NCBI GenBank assembly: GCA_002269645.1
Contig: NIVC01000112.1
Span: 144,520 to 208,519, forward strand
Direction of reading: 5' to 3'
Length of the DNA: 64,000 bases
Source of the DNA: Macrostomum lignano
Lineage: Eukaryota
Shown here in pieces: positions 33,401 through 53,750 of the stretch; positions within the stretch are counted from its first letter, which is position 1, and each line of letters starts with the position of its first letter. Below the pieces are notes generated by a model. It did no database searches. It worked only from the letters and a program-made list of their open reading frames with translations, and was not told the origin of the DNA. The translations under genes and the position numbers were made by a program.

Positions 33401-36400
33401 GGGTTTTAGGGCGATTTCTTATTGGGTTTTAGGGCGATTTCTTATAGGGTTTTAGGGCGATTTCTTATAGGGTTTTAGGGCGATTTCTTATTGGGTTTTA
33501 GGGCGATTTCTCATAGGGTTTTAGGGCGATTTCTTATAGGGTTTTAGGGCGATTTCTTATTGGGTTTTAGGGCGATTTCTAATTGGGTTTTAGGGCGATT
33601 TCTCATAGGGTTTTAGGGCGATTTCTTATAGGGTTTTAGGGCGATTTCTAATTGGGTTTTAGGGCGATTTCTAATTGGGTTTTAGGGCGATTTCTCATAG
33701 GGTTTTAGGGCGATTTCTTATAGGGTTTTAGGGCGAATTCTCATAGGGTTTTAGGGCGATTTCTTATAGGGTTTTAGGGCGATTTCTCATAGGGTTTTAG
33801 GGCGATTTCTAATTGGGTTTTAGGGCGATTTCTCATAGGGTTTTAAGGCGATTTCTCATAGGGTTTTAGGGCGATTTCTCATAGGGTTTTAGGGCGAATT
33901 CTCATAGGGTTTTAGGGCGATTTCTCATAGGGTTTTAGGGCGAGTTCTCATAGGGTTTTAGGGCGAGTTCTCATGGGGTTTTAGGGCGATTTCTCATAGG
34001 GTTTTAGGGCGATTTCTCATAGGGTTTTAGGGCGATTTCTCATGGGGTTTTAGGGCGATTTCTCATAGGGTTTTAGGGCGATTTCTCATAGGGTTATAGA
34101 GCGAGTTCTCATAGGGTTATAGGACGATTTCTCATAGGGTTTTAGGGCGACTTCTCATAGGATTTTAGGGCGATTTCTCATAGGGTTTTAGGGTGAGTTC
34201 TCATAGGGTTTCAGGGCGATCCATAGAATTCCATAGTCGCAAGGCCAGCTGCGCCAACCTTGATCCCGATCTCCTGCCGCGGCAGCGGGTCTCCCACAAT
34301 GTAGAACAGCCGGTAATAAAACAGCCGCATCCTGCTGACCTCCGCCAGGTGCCACTGAACCGTGGCGTCCAAGTCGAACATTCGCTGATCAACGGCGCAC
34401 CTGAGCAGCATGGTCTGGACACCGCAGATCCTGCCAGGCGGAGGACTGGCCGACAGCCATTCGTTAATCCTGGGCAGAAACTCGGACAGCGGCTCAACAA
34501 AGGGCACGGAGAACTCTTTAGTAAAGGTTGGCACACAGGCGGACATGCCGTAGTTGTCCATGCCGCCAGCGGACTCGTCAAAGCCGAACCCGGGCCGCAC
34601 TTGAGCGGCAATGGTTCGCTGCTCAATTCTCGGCATAGCGTTGATGTACCAGATCTGGGTTGGCTCGATCTCCTTCAGGCTGGCCCGCGGCTCCTGCCGG
34701 CACCACAGGCGGAGCCCGACGACAAAGGCGCGGATGAGGCGGCCAGGCTCGTGCTGCAGGGCCGCCTCGGGCTGCAGCTCGCCCTGCATGTTGGCCATCC
34801 GCTCGATGCACTCGCACCGGACCAGGGCGGAGATGCCGCGGTTGCTCGCCAGCCAGTTGTTGGCGGCTGACACCACCGTGCTTGAGGGATAGAATGGATG
34901 CACTTTTGAGAACGAAAAATACATGTGCACTTTTAGCGATGGAAAATTTAATAGATGCGCATGAGACTCTGAAAAAAGAGTTGATTTGATAGATAGCTAT
35001 GAGATTCTGAAAGAGATTTGATTGATGGTAATGAGATTCTGAGAGAGATGGGGAATGAGGCTCCCAGAGAGATTTGATACATGGCTATGAGACTCTGAGA
35101 GAGATTTGATAGATGACTAAGAGGTTCTCAGAGATTTGACAGTCAGTCATGAGACTCTGAGAGAGATTTGACAGTCAGGCATGAGACTGTGAGAGATTTG
35201 ACAGACGGGCAGGAGACTCTGAGAGAGATTTAACAGTCAGGCATGAGACTGTGAGAGATTTGACAGACGGACAGAAGACTCTGAGAGAGATTTGACAGTC
35301 AGGCATGAGACTGTGAGAGATTTGACAGACGGACAGGAGACTCTGAGAGAGATTTGACAGTCAGGCATGAGACTCTGAGAGAGATTTGACAGTCAGGCAT
35401 GAGACTCAGAGAGATTTGACACATGGTTATGAGATTCTGAGAGAGATTTTATATATGGCTATGAGACTCTGAGAGAGATTTGATACATGGTTATGAGATT
35501 CTGAGAGAGATTTTATATATGGCTATGAGACTCTGAGAGAGATTTGATACATGGTTATGAGATTTTGAGAGAGATTTTATATATGGCTATGAGACTCTGA
35601 GAGAGATTTTATATATGGCTATGAGACTGAGAGACATTTGACAAATGGACAGGAGACCGCAGTACCACCAATACAGAGCTAGACTTGCTCACTTAAACGG
35701 CATAAACTGCGGACACCGCTGCGCCTGCAGGTTGCCCGGGGCAACGCAGGCTGGGAAGAAATCCACCGCAGTCAGCAGCTGCTCGAAACGCTGCATTGGC
35801 CGGTCGATCGACGAATTCGAGCCTTTGACAGACGAGCCCTGCGGCAGGGTCGCCGACTGCGGCGGCGGTGGATATCTCGGCTGGCATGGAATCGGCGGTG
35901 GGCAGGCCGAGGCGTCGTCGTTGGCGTAGGCGGGCAGCTGGTACAGGTCGGCGTCTGGAATGCGTTGCCGTGGGGCTTTGCATCCGCCTACTCACCCCTT
36001 CCGCCCACGCATCTGCCTACTCAACCTTCCACTCACTCATCCACCTACTCACCCCTCCGCCCACGCACCCACCTACTCACCCCTCCGCCCACGCACCCAC
36101 CTACTCACCCCTTCTGCCCACGCACCCACCTATTTACCCTTTCCGCCCACGCATCCGCCCATTCACCGCTTCCACCCACTCATCCACCTACTCATCCCTT
36201 CCGCCCACGCACCCAAATATTCACCCCTTCCGCCCACTCATCCACCTACTCACCCCTTCCGCCCACGCACCCAAATATTCACCCATTCCGCCCATGCATC
36301 CGCCTACTCACCCCTTCCACCCACTCATCCACCTACTCACCCCTTCCGCCCACGCACCCAAATATTCACCCCTTCCGCCCACGCATCCACCTACTCACCC

Positions 36401-36692
36401 ATTCCACCCACGCATCCACCTACTCACCCCTTCCGCCCACGCATCCGCCTACTCACCCCTTCCACCCACGCATCCACCTACTCACCCCTTCCGCCCACGC
36501 ATCCGCCTACTCACCCTTCCGCCCACGCATATCCGTAGCCACCGCACACGCACTTCCATAGCAACCGCCTACGCATATCAATAAACTCCCACTCAACGCA
36601 ATCACTGTCTCACCTCTTATAGCCTCATAGTAGCCGGGCGGCAGGTTGAATCCCGGCTCCTTGGTGGCATCATTAGGCTCAGTTGACGCCAT
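29755..36692 (-). CDS. Uncharacterised protein (587 aa) with about four repeats of a ~120-aa module and a C-terminal CaaX box (CCSCQLL)
   Basis: Eight exons (minus): 36692-36614, 35954-35693, 34880-34259, 32808-32613, 31683-31517, 30957-30771, 30664-30538, 29878-29755. All GT-AG and in frame. Recurrent pattern F(F/V)P...(N/S)xWL...(E/Q)T...R(L/V/M)(W/F/A). The exon-1 donor may instead lie at 36515. Confidence 0.8.
29900..30495. repeat. (CTGT)n microsatellite
   Basis: Direct reading; last intron of the repeat-module gene. Confidence 0.95.
31040..31490. repeat. 14-bp minisatellite
   Basis: Unit CATCTGTACACA(C/T)C. Confidence 0.9.
31840..32575. repeat. Purine-rich ~21-bp minisatellite
   Basis: Unit GGGAGATGGGAGACGGGAGAG and variants. 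Confidence 0.95.
32885..34215. repeat. 23-bp minisatellite containing TTTTAGGG
   Basis: Unit TAGGGTTTTAGGGCGATTTCT(C/T)A, about 57 copies. Confidence 0.95.
34960..35640. repeat. ~32-bp minisatellite
   Basis: Unit TGAGACTCTGAGAGAGATTTGACAGTCAGGCA and variants. Confidence 0.9.
35975..36530. repeat. ~29-bp minisatellite, intron 1 of the repeat-module gene
   Basis: Unit CCACCTACTCACCCCTTCCGCCCACGCA(C/T). The gene-sense strand carries GG|GTGAGT in most units. Confidence 0.9.
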
Positions 36693-37240
36693 GCTGGCTG
36701 AAATTTGTTTTGGAATAACAAGAAATTTGAGCAGAAATTTATAGACAGAATGAAGAATATCTAACCTATATTAATGTATACTACATCGCTATATACTAGG
36801 AGCATTCGAAAATAATGAAAGTTGCAGTTAATTATCAGATTGACAGTACAGAATTTGTTTATAATTGCTAATAAAGCAGCATAATATAATAAATTGCACC
36901 ATAAATTAAAACATACATTAAACAGCTTATAAAAGTACAAAGCAAATGAACTAAATAAAAATATAAATAGAATCGGTCATATTTCGAAAAGTAATGCAAA
37001 GATTAGCGGCCATTAAAAAGAGAGAAGCGTCAGACTACCAATGTAAACTAACAAAAATGCTTATCGTTATATTAAAACACAAAATTTTAGAAAATGTCAT
37101 CAACTGTTTAATGCGAACGCAATAAAATGCGATATCGCCTTAATAGAAATGTTCCTAGCATCTTTAATAAGTAAAATATTAACTGGAAACATCTCACAGT
37201 GCTTGCAGATTTTCGATTTACATAAAACTGAATTTGAAAC

Positions 37241-37510
37241 TGGGAAATGTGGCGCCACACTGAGGCGCGACAGCTGGGGAATGTGGCGCCACACTGAGGC
37301 ATAGCAGCTAGGGAATGTGGCGCCACACTGAGGCATGACAGCTGGGGAATGTGGCGCCACACTGAGGCATGACAGCTAGGGAATGTGGCGCCACTGAAGC
37401 ATGGCAGCTGGGAAATGTGGCGCCACACTGAGGCATAGCAGCTGGGGAATGTGGCGCCACACTGAGGCATAGCAGCTAGGGAATGTGGCGCCACACTGAG
37501 GCATAGCAAC
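37241..37510. repeat. 34-bp tandem repeat with a palindromic core, 8 copies
   Basis: Unit GGGGAATGTGGCGCCACACTGAGGCATAGCAGCT; core TGTGGCGCCACA. Confidence 0.95.
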
Positions 37511-37579
37511 TAGGGACAGTGGCAGATCATGCTTTAATCAAGAAGCAACCCCAGCAAGCCAGCTGGCTGAGTTCACTGG

Positions 37580-47000
<9,421 letters not shown>

Positions 47001-47189
47001 CTGCAAGAAGGGGATCAGCGGTCGGGGGATTCAAAGGATTAAAGCTGGGATTAAACGACTCAGTTGGATGATTAGTAATGAAAAGTAATGAAATCTGAAT
47101 GCTTAACTAAATCCGAATGTAAGGGCACCGATGTATTGTAGGAAATGGGATTTTTATCAGTGATGAGGATTCACCATGAAATGGGATTG

Positions 47190-47710
47190 TAATTGGGGAT
47201 TACAGTAAGGATGGGATCACATCTATGTATGGGGATTAAATATGAAATGGGATCAGAGATGGGCATTAAATATGAAATGGGATCAGAGATGGGCATTAAA
47301 TATGAAATGGGATCAGATATGGGCAATGAAATGGGATTAGAGATGGGGATTAAATTTGAAATGGGATCAGATTTGGGGAATAAATATGTAATGGGATCAG
47401 ATTTGGGGAATAAATATGAAATGGGATCAGATTTGGGGAATAAATATGAAATGGGATCAGATTTGGGGAATAAATATGAAATGGGATCAGATTTGGGGAA
47501 TAAATATGAAATGGGATCAGATTTGGGGAATAAATATGAAATGGGATCAGATTTAGGGAATAAATATGTAATGGGATCAGATTTGGGGAATAAATATGTA
47601 ATGGGATCAGATTTGGGGAATAAATATGAAATGGGATCAGATTTGGGGAATAAATATTTAATGGGATCAGATTTAAGGAATAAATATGTAATGGGATCAG
47701 ATTTGGGGAC
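47190..47710. repeat. 30-bp minisatellite upstream of the first RhoGEF acceptor
   Basis: Unit GGGATCAGATTTGGGGAATAAATATG(A/T)AAT. Confidence 0.95.
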
Positions 47711-48504
47711 AATTTTGAACGGGAATTTTAGTGGAAATTAATTAGTTTACTAGGAATTCGAAGGCTAATGAATGAATAAGCCCAAAGCCAATTCACAAAG
47801 TCCTGACAGCAATTATAGCTTTTTCAATCAGCATTTAAAAATGAATAATAAAGTGATTGACAAACTAACCAATATATAAATGAAACTCTGTAATACTATG
47901 TGAGATCTTTGAAGTACATTATAAAGTAAAAAAGTGGCGACTAACTCTGTGTTACAAAACTAGCAGCGCAATTATATTATTATTAATGATATTTTCAGAA
48001 GGTCAGGAGACCCAGGCACATTTCACAACTGTTTCATGGCAACTCTGCAGTGTTATTGACAGACTGGAATTAAATAGAAAATCACAGAAAATCGACAAGA
48101 TTTGAGATAGCTCTTTGTTTTAAATAGTATCCATTAGGGAAAGGCCTGTTCATTACACACTACTGCAATAAGTAGCTAATCAAGTGCTTAAAATCGCCCA
48201 AGTATAAATTGTTAAGGCCAAAAAATTCTTAAATTGAAAAAAATCATAAAAAAATCTGGGAAATTTTAAAGCTTCAAGTGGCACATAAAATCGCAGTAAC
48301 AGAAAGTGAGCAGGGCTGAGTCAAAGCAGTGCAACTAAAGGGTATTTAAAGTACAATTTGTGAAAGATTTCAATACAAAAATAGACTATAGTATACATTC
48401 ATACTGAATTTTAACCGATGAAAGCGGTACCCAAGGCCAAGAAGCGTCTCAAGAGTCACTTGCGTCGCCCCAGAGTCGAGACAGGTCGACTCTGGGGTGA
48501 CCCT

Positions 48505-48798
48505 GGGAGGGTTGCAGCCTAGTGGTCAGAGCGGCGGACTCACGACTTGAAAGGTCGGGGGTTCGATTCCCGACCCACTCGGAACATTTAGAGCCATTGA
48601 GCAAGACACTTTATAAATTTCTGCACTGCTTCAGTTTAAGCCAGCTGTAGAATGGATGCCAGGATTAGCTGGGGTATCTGAGGGTGCGTGTGGCGACCCC
48701 CCTCCAGTCCTTGGACTGAACAGCCGTACGCAGCCTTTACGTCGGTTTTACATCTGGCCCATTAGGACAGGTGTAGTAAATATTTATTATTATTATTA
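48505..48798 (+). mobile_element. tRNA-derived SINE with CORE/Meta-like central domain
   Basis: A-box-like GCAGCCTAGTGGTCAGAGC, B-box GGTTCGATTCCC, core TTGAGCAAGACACTT...CTGTAGAATGG, (TTA)n tail. Same family as 4660-5066. Confidence 0.8.
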
Positions 48799-49372
48799 GG
48801 GGCCGTAGAGTCGCACCTGAGGCGTACTAGAGTTGCTGTAGAATCATCTGAGTCGAAAGATTCTCAGAAAAAGTCACCAGAGTCGCCAGAGTCACTAGCA
48901 AACTGTTTTCAATGACTCTTTATGATTTAGGGATAGGAATCCCAGGATTTTAGGGATCCATTACTCTTTAGTTATTCTTGCCCCGATAACGTTTTCAACG
49001 GCTAACCAGTAGCAGCTAATACAAGTGAATACATTTAATTACACAAAATATGCTAGCAAAGGCGCGAAACAGAATTCATACAGACAGGTGCACCGTGTAC
49101 TTCTAATAATTTAATAATATTTAAATCCGATGGCAGATTTACAACTGTGGAACAGGGAACTGTACTTTGGAGGTACCAGACAGATTGGCTCGCAAAAACT
49201 GCAGAAGCAGTCAAAAAAGAAGCAGGACAATGTTTCAGGCTAATCAACACAGCACCAGTAAAAATGAAGCATTCAAAAACAGCATGCTGTCTAAATCAGA
49301 TTACATCAGGCTTCCTTATTTTCAAGTAGGATAGATCATAATGTCTAAATTCTTAAATTGCGATAATTCAAA

Positions 49373-50345
49373 TTAGGATATGGGATCATAGTTGGGATCA
49401 ATCGGGATCAGATTATGGGAATCACAGTTGGGATCAATTAGGATCAGATTATAGAAATTAGAGTTGGGATAAATTGGGATCAGATTACAGGAATCATAGT
49501 TGGGATCAATTGGGATCAGATTATGGGAATTACAGTTGGGATCAATTGGGATCAGATTATGGGAATCACAGTTGGGATCAATTGGGATCAGATTATGGGA
49601 ATCACAGTTGGGATCAATTGGGATCAGATTATGGGAATCACAGTTGGGATCAATTAGGATCAGATTACAGGAATTACAGTTGGGATAAATTGGGATCAGA
49701 TTATGGGAATTACAGTTGGGATAAATTAGGATCAGATTAAGGGAATTACAGTTGGGATAAATTGGGATCAGATTAAGGGAATTACAGTTGGGATAAATTG
49801 GGATCAGATTATGGGAATTACAGTTGGGATAAATTGGGATCAGATTAAGGGAATTACAGTTGGGATAAATTGGGATCAGATTACAGGAATCACAGTTGGG
49901 ATAAATTAGGATCAGATTACAGGAATTACAGTTGGGATAAATTGGGATCAGATTATGGGAATTACAGTTGGGATAAATTGGGATCAGATTATGGGAATTA
50001 CAGTTGGGATAAATTGGGATCAGATTATGGGAATTACAGTTGGGATAAATTGGGATCAGATTATGGGAATTACAGTTGGGATAAATTGGGATCAGATTAT
50101 GGGAATTACAGTTGGGATAAACTAGGATTACAGGAATCACAATTGGGATCAATTGGGATCAGACTAACGCTAAGGGAATCACAATTGGGATCAATTGGGA
50201 TCAGATTATGGGAATTACAGTTGGGATAAACTAGGATTACAGGAATCACAATTGGGATCAATTGGGATCAGATTATGGGAATCACATTTGGGGATGGAAT
50301 CAGATTACAGGAATCACAGTTAGGATCAATTGGGATCAGACTCAG
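49373..50345. repeat. 36-bp minisatellite downstream of the RAB3IP stop codon
   Basis: Unit GGGATAAATTGGGATCAGATTATGGGAATTACAGTT. Confidence 0.95.
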
Positions 50346-50450
50346 GGAAATTTGAGCTCTGGGATTGCAACCAATTTTAATCAGACTAGAGGTCTTATAG
50401 TGAACTCAAAGGCGGGCACAGGAGCGCTAAGGTAAGGCATCGCGATCAAA

Positions 50451-53400
50451 TCACTTTTGAAAGCCCAGCATAGCCAGGTGCATATTCCGCCTGTGACTCT
50501 GTATTTCGGTGAATTTATCCGAGCTTGTTGCGCTGGGCAGCAGTCCCTGCTGTACGTAGCGCAGGTAATGCAGCAGATTGCAGGTGGCAATGATTCTATT
50601 CCTGGCGCAGTGGGATATATAGTGCCAAGGGGCGTCGGAGCTCTCAGAGAGTCGAACCCGATAGTGACAGAGCTTTGACTTCATCAGCGAGCAGCGCTGC
50701 TTGCCCTGGGGCGCCGAGCGGTTGGAGGTGAGCGCCTCAATGTGCAGCTGGTTGGTGAGGGCCGCCTCAATCACCTGGGCGCCGAGGTCGCGATTGGCGA
50801 ACTCGAGACAGCACCGAATGTCTCTGCGGGGCGGAGCGAGGAATGATTATCGAGTGGGATAATTTAGGGATTGGGTTAGGGGTGTTAGGGATTGGAATAG
50901 CAGGATTCAGGGATTGAAATCCCAGGATTTAGGGATTGGAATCTCGGGATTTAGGGGTTGGAATCCCAGGATTTAGGGAATGGAATCTCGGGATTTAAGC
51001 ATTGGAATCCCAGGATTTAGGGATTGGAATCCCAGGATTCAGGGATTGGAATACCAGGATTCAGGAATTGGAATCCCAGGATTCAGGGATTGGAATACCA
51101 GGATTCAGGGATTGAAATCCCAGGATTCAGGGATTGGAATACCAGGATTCAGGGATTGAAATCCCAGGATTTAGGGATTGGAATACCAGGATTCAGGGAT
51201 TGAAATCCCAGGATTCAGGGATTGGAATACCAGGATTCAGGGATTGAAATCCCAGGATTTAGGGATTGGAATACCAGGATTCAGGGATTGAAATCCCAGG
51301 ATTTAGGGATTGGAATACCAGGATTCAGGGATTGAAATCCCAGGATTTAGGGATTGGAATCTCGGGATTTAGGGATTGGAATCTTGGGATTCAGGGATTG
51401 GAATACCAGGATTCAGGGATTGAAATCCCAGGATTTAGGGATTGGAATACCAGGATTCAGGGATTGAAATCCCAGGATTTAGGGATTGGAATCTCGGGAT
51501 TTAGGGATTGGAATCTCGGGATTTAGGGATTGAAATCCCAGGATTCAGGGATTGGAATCCCAGGATTCAGGGATTGAAATCCCAGGATTTAGGGATCTTG
51601 GAATCCCAGGATTCGGGGATTGGAATTCCACGGCTCTCACCTGTTAACAATGCGGTCCATAAAAGCGGACTTGCTCGCATCCAAGCCGGGAGAATTCAAC
51701 CAGTCCAGAAACTCGCCGTAGACCAGCGGGTCCAGCTCAAAGCTCTGAATGTCACTGTCCGTCAGCTGCTCCGCCTGTCGCACATCAGAGTAGGACCCTG
51801 TGCGCCGGTGCCCGCACTCAGACAGCGAAGGCGAGGCTCGCTCGATCAGCGCTTTGAGGGCGGCAACCTCGCTAGTCAGCACTTCGTTCTGGCGCTCCAG
51901 CTCGATGCAGCGCTTCTCAACACGGTCCTTGGCTTGTAGCGCTTCGCTTACCTGATAATTGGCGGGGATGGGTAAGGGACTGGAGCTTGAGAATATGGGA
52001 TTTGGGAGCTTCAGTGATGCTTCAGTGATCTGAGAGACTTGATGCTTCAGTGATCTGAGAGACTTGATGCTTCAGTGAACTGAGAGACTCAGCTTCAGTG
52101 ATCTGAGAGACTTGATGCTTCAGTGATCTGAGAGACTTGATGCTTCAGTGATCTGAGAGACTTGATGCTTCAGTGATCTAAGAGACTTGATGCTTCAGTG
52201 ATCTGAGAGACTTGATGCTTCAGTGATCTAAGAGACTTGATGCTTCAGTGATCTGAGAGACTTGATGCTTCAGTGATCTAAGAGACTTGATGCTTCAGTG
52301 ATCTGAGAGACTTGATGCTTCAGTGATCTGAGAGACTTGATGCTTCAGTGATCTAAGAGACTTGATGCTTCAGTGATCTGAGAGACTTGATGCTTCAGTG
52401 AACTGAGAGACTTGATGCTTCAGTGAACTGAGAGACTCAGCTTCAGTGATCTGAGAGACTTGATGCTTCAGTGATCTGAGAGACTTGATGCTTCAGTGAT
52501 CTGAGAGACTTGATGCTTCAGTGATCTGAGAGACTTGATGCTTCAGTGATCTGAGAGACTTGATGCTTCAGTGATCTGAGAGACTTGATGCTTCAGTGAT
52601 CTGAGAGACTTGATGCTTCAGTGAACTGAGAGACTCAGCTTCAGTGATCTGAGAGACTTGATGCTTCAGTGATCTGAGAGACTTGATGCTTCAGTGATCT
52701 GAGAGACTTGATGCTTCAGTGATCTGAGAGACTTGATGCTTCAGTGATCTGAGAGACTCAGCTTCAGTGATCTGAGAGACTTGATGCTTCAGTGAACTGA
52801 GAGACTCAGCTTCAGTGATCTGAGAGACTTGATGCTTCAGTGATCTGAGAGACTTGATGCTTCAGTGATCTGAGAGACTTGATGCTTCAGTGATCTGAAA
52901 GATTTGATGCTTCAGTGATCTGAGAGATTTGATGCTTCAGTGATCTGAGAGACTTGATGCTTCAGTGATCTGAAAGATTTGATGCTTCAGTGATCTGAGA
53001 GATTTGATGCTTCAGTGATCTGAGAGACTTGATGCTTCAGTGATCTGAGAGACTTGATGCTTCAGTGATCTGAGAGACTTGATGCTTCAGTGATCTGAGA
53101 GACTTGATGCTTCAGTGAACTGAGATATTTGATGCTTCAGTGATCTGAGAGACTTGATGCTTCAGTGATCTGAGAGACTTGATGCTTCAGTGATCTGAGA
53201 GACTTGATGCTTCAGTGATCTGAGAGACTTGATGCTTCAGTGAACTGAGATATTTGATGCTTCAGTGATCTGAGAGACTTGATGCTTCAGTGATCTGAGA
53301 GATTTGATGCTTCAGGGATCTGAGAGATTTGATGCTTCAGTGATCTAAGACACTTGAGCTTCGCTACATTCTCACCTGTCTATTAGCCTCCTGAAACAGG

Positions 53401-53750
53401 GAGTCGTGCAGTTCCAAGCACTCGCTATTCAAATCCTCCACGTACTGCTTCATCTGAGCATTCTCACTAGCCGTGCTCATGTACAGTTTGCGAGCTTCGG
53501 CCAGCTCTCTAAGCACTGATAATCCGCTGGAGATGCTGTCCTCGCCGCTAGGGAGACCGGGAGAGGCGGCGGAGGTTCCAGATGGTGAGCTCAGGTCGGC
53601 TGCAGGCTGTTCAGAGGCCTCAGATTTGGACACTACAAGCATAGAGCGAGTTCGAGGCTTAACAGCTGGTAGAGAACTTTTCATTGGGGCAGCTGGGTTG
53701 CTGCCACCGCTGCAGCTGCTGTTGTTGCTGGTGCGGTCTTCGTCTGACAT
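50451..53750 (-). CDS. RAB3IP: Sec2/Rabin8-family Rab guanine-nucleotide exchange factor (352 aa)
   Basis: Exons (minus): 53750-53376, 51951-51641, 50823-50451, in frame. Sec2 coil LNSECLELHDSLFQEANRQVSEA...LTSEVAALKALI. C-terminal domain GEFLDWLNSP...DIRCCLEF...NQLHIEAL...RNRIIATCNLLHYLRYVQQGL...MHLAMLGF, matching the RAB3IP/RAB3IL1 pattern. Confidence 0.88.
50885..51625. repeat. 22/44-bp minisatellite, RAB3IP intron 2
   Basis: Unit GGGATTGGAATACCAGGATTCA-GGGATTGAAATCCCAGGATTTA. Confidence 0.95.
52010..53350. repeat. 25-bp minisatellite, RAB3IP intron 1
   Basis: Unit GATGCTTCAGTGATCTGAGAGACTT, about 53 copies. Confidence 0.95.

Noticed and set aside
37241-37510. CRISPR-like appearance (palindromic 34-bp repeats)
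   Set aside because: Units are contiguous with no unique spacers, there are no cas genes, and the context is eukaryotic.
48468-48497. Perfect 12-bp hairpin as a terminator or ncRNA
   Set aside because: It lies among AGAGTCG-type subterminal repeats of a probable transposon end split by the SINE, and there is no evidence of function.
48505-48585. tRNA gene
   Set aside because: The A/B boxes continue into a SINE body and (TTA)n tail, a second copy lies at 4660-5066, and I found no complete cloverleaf.
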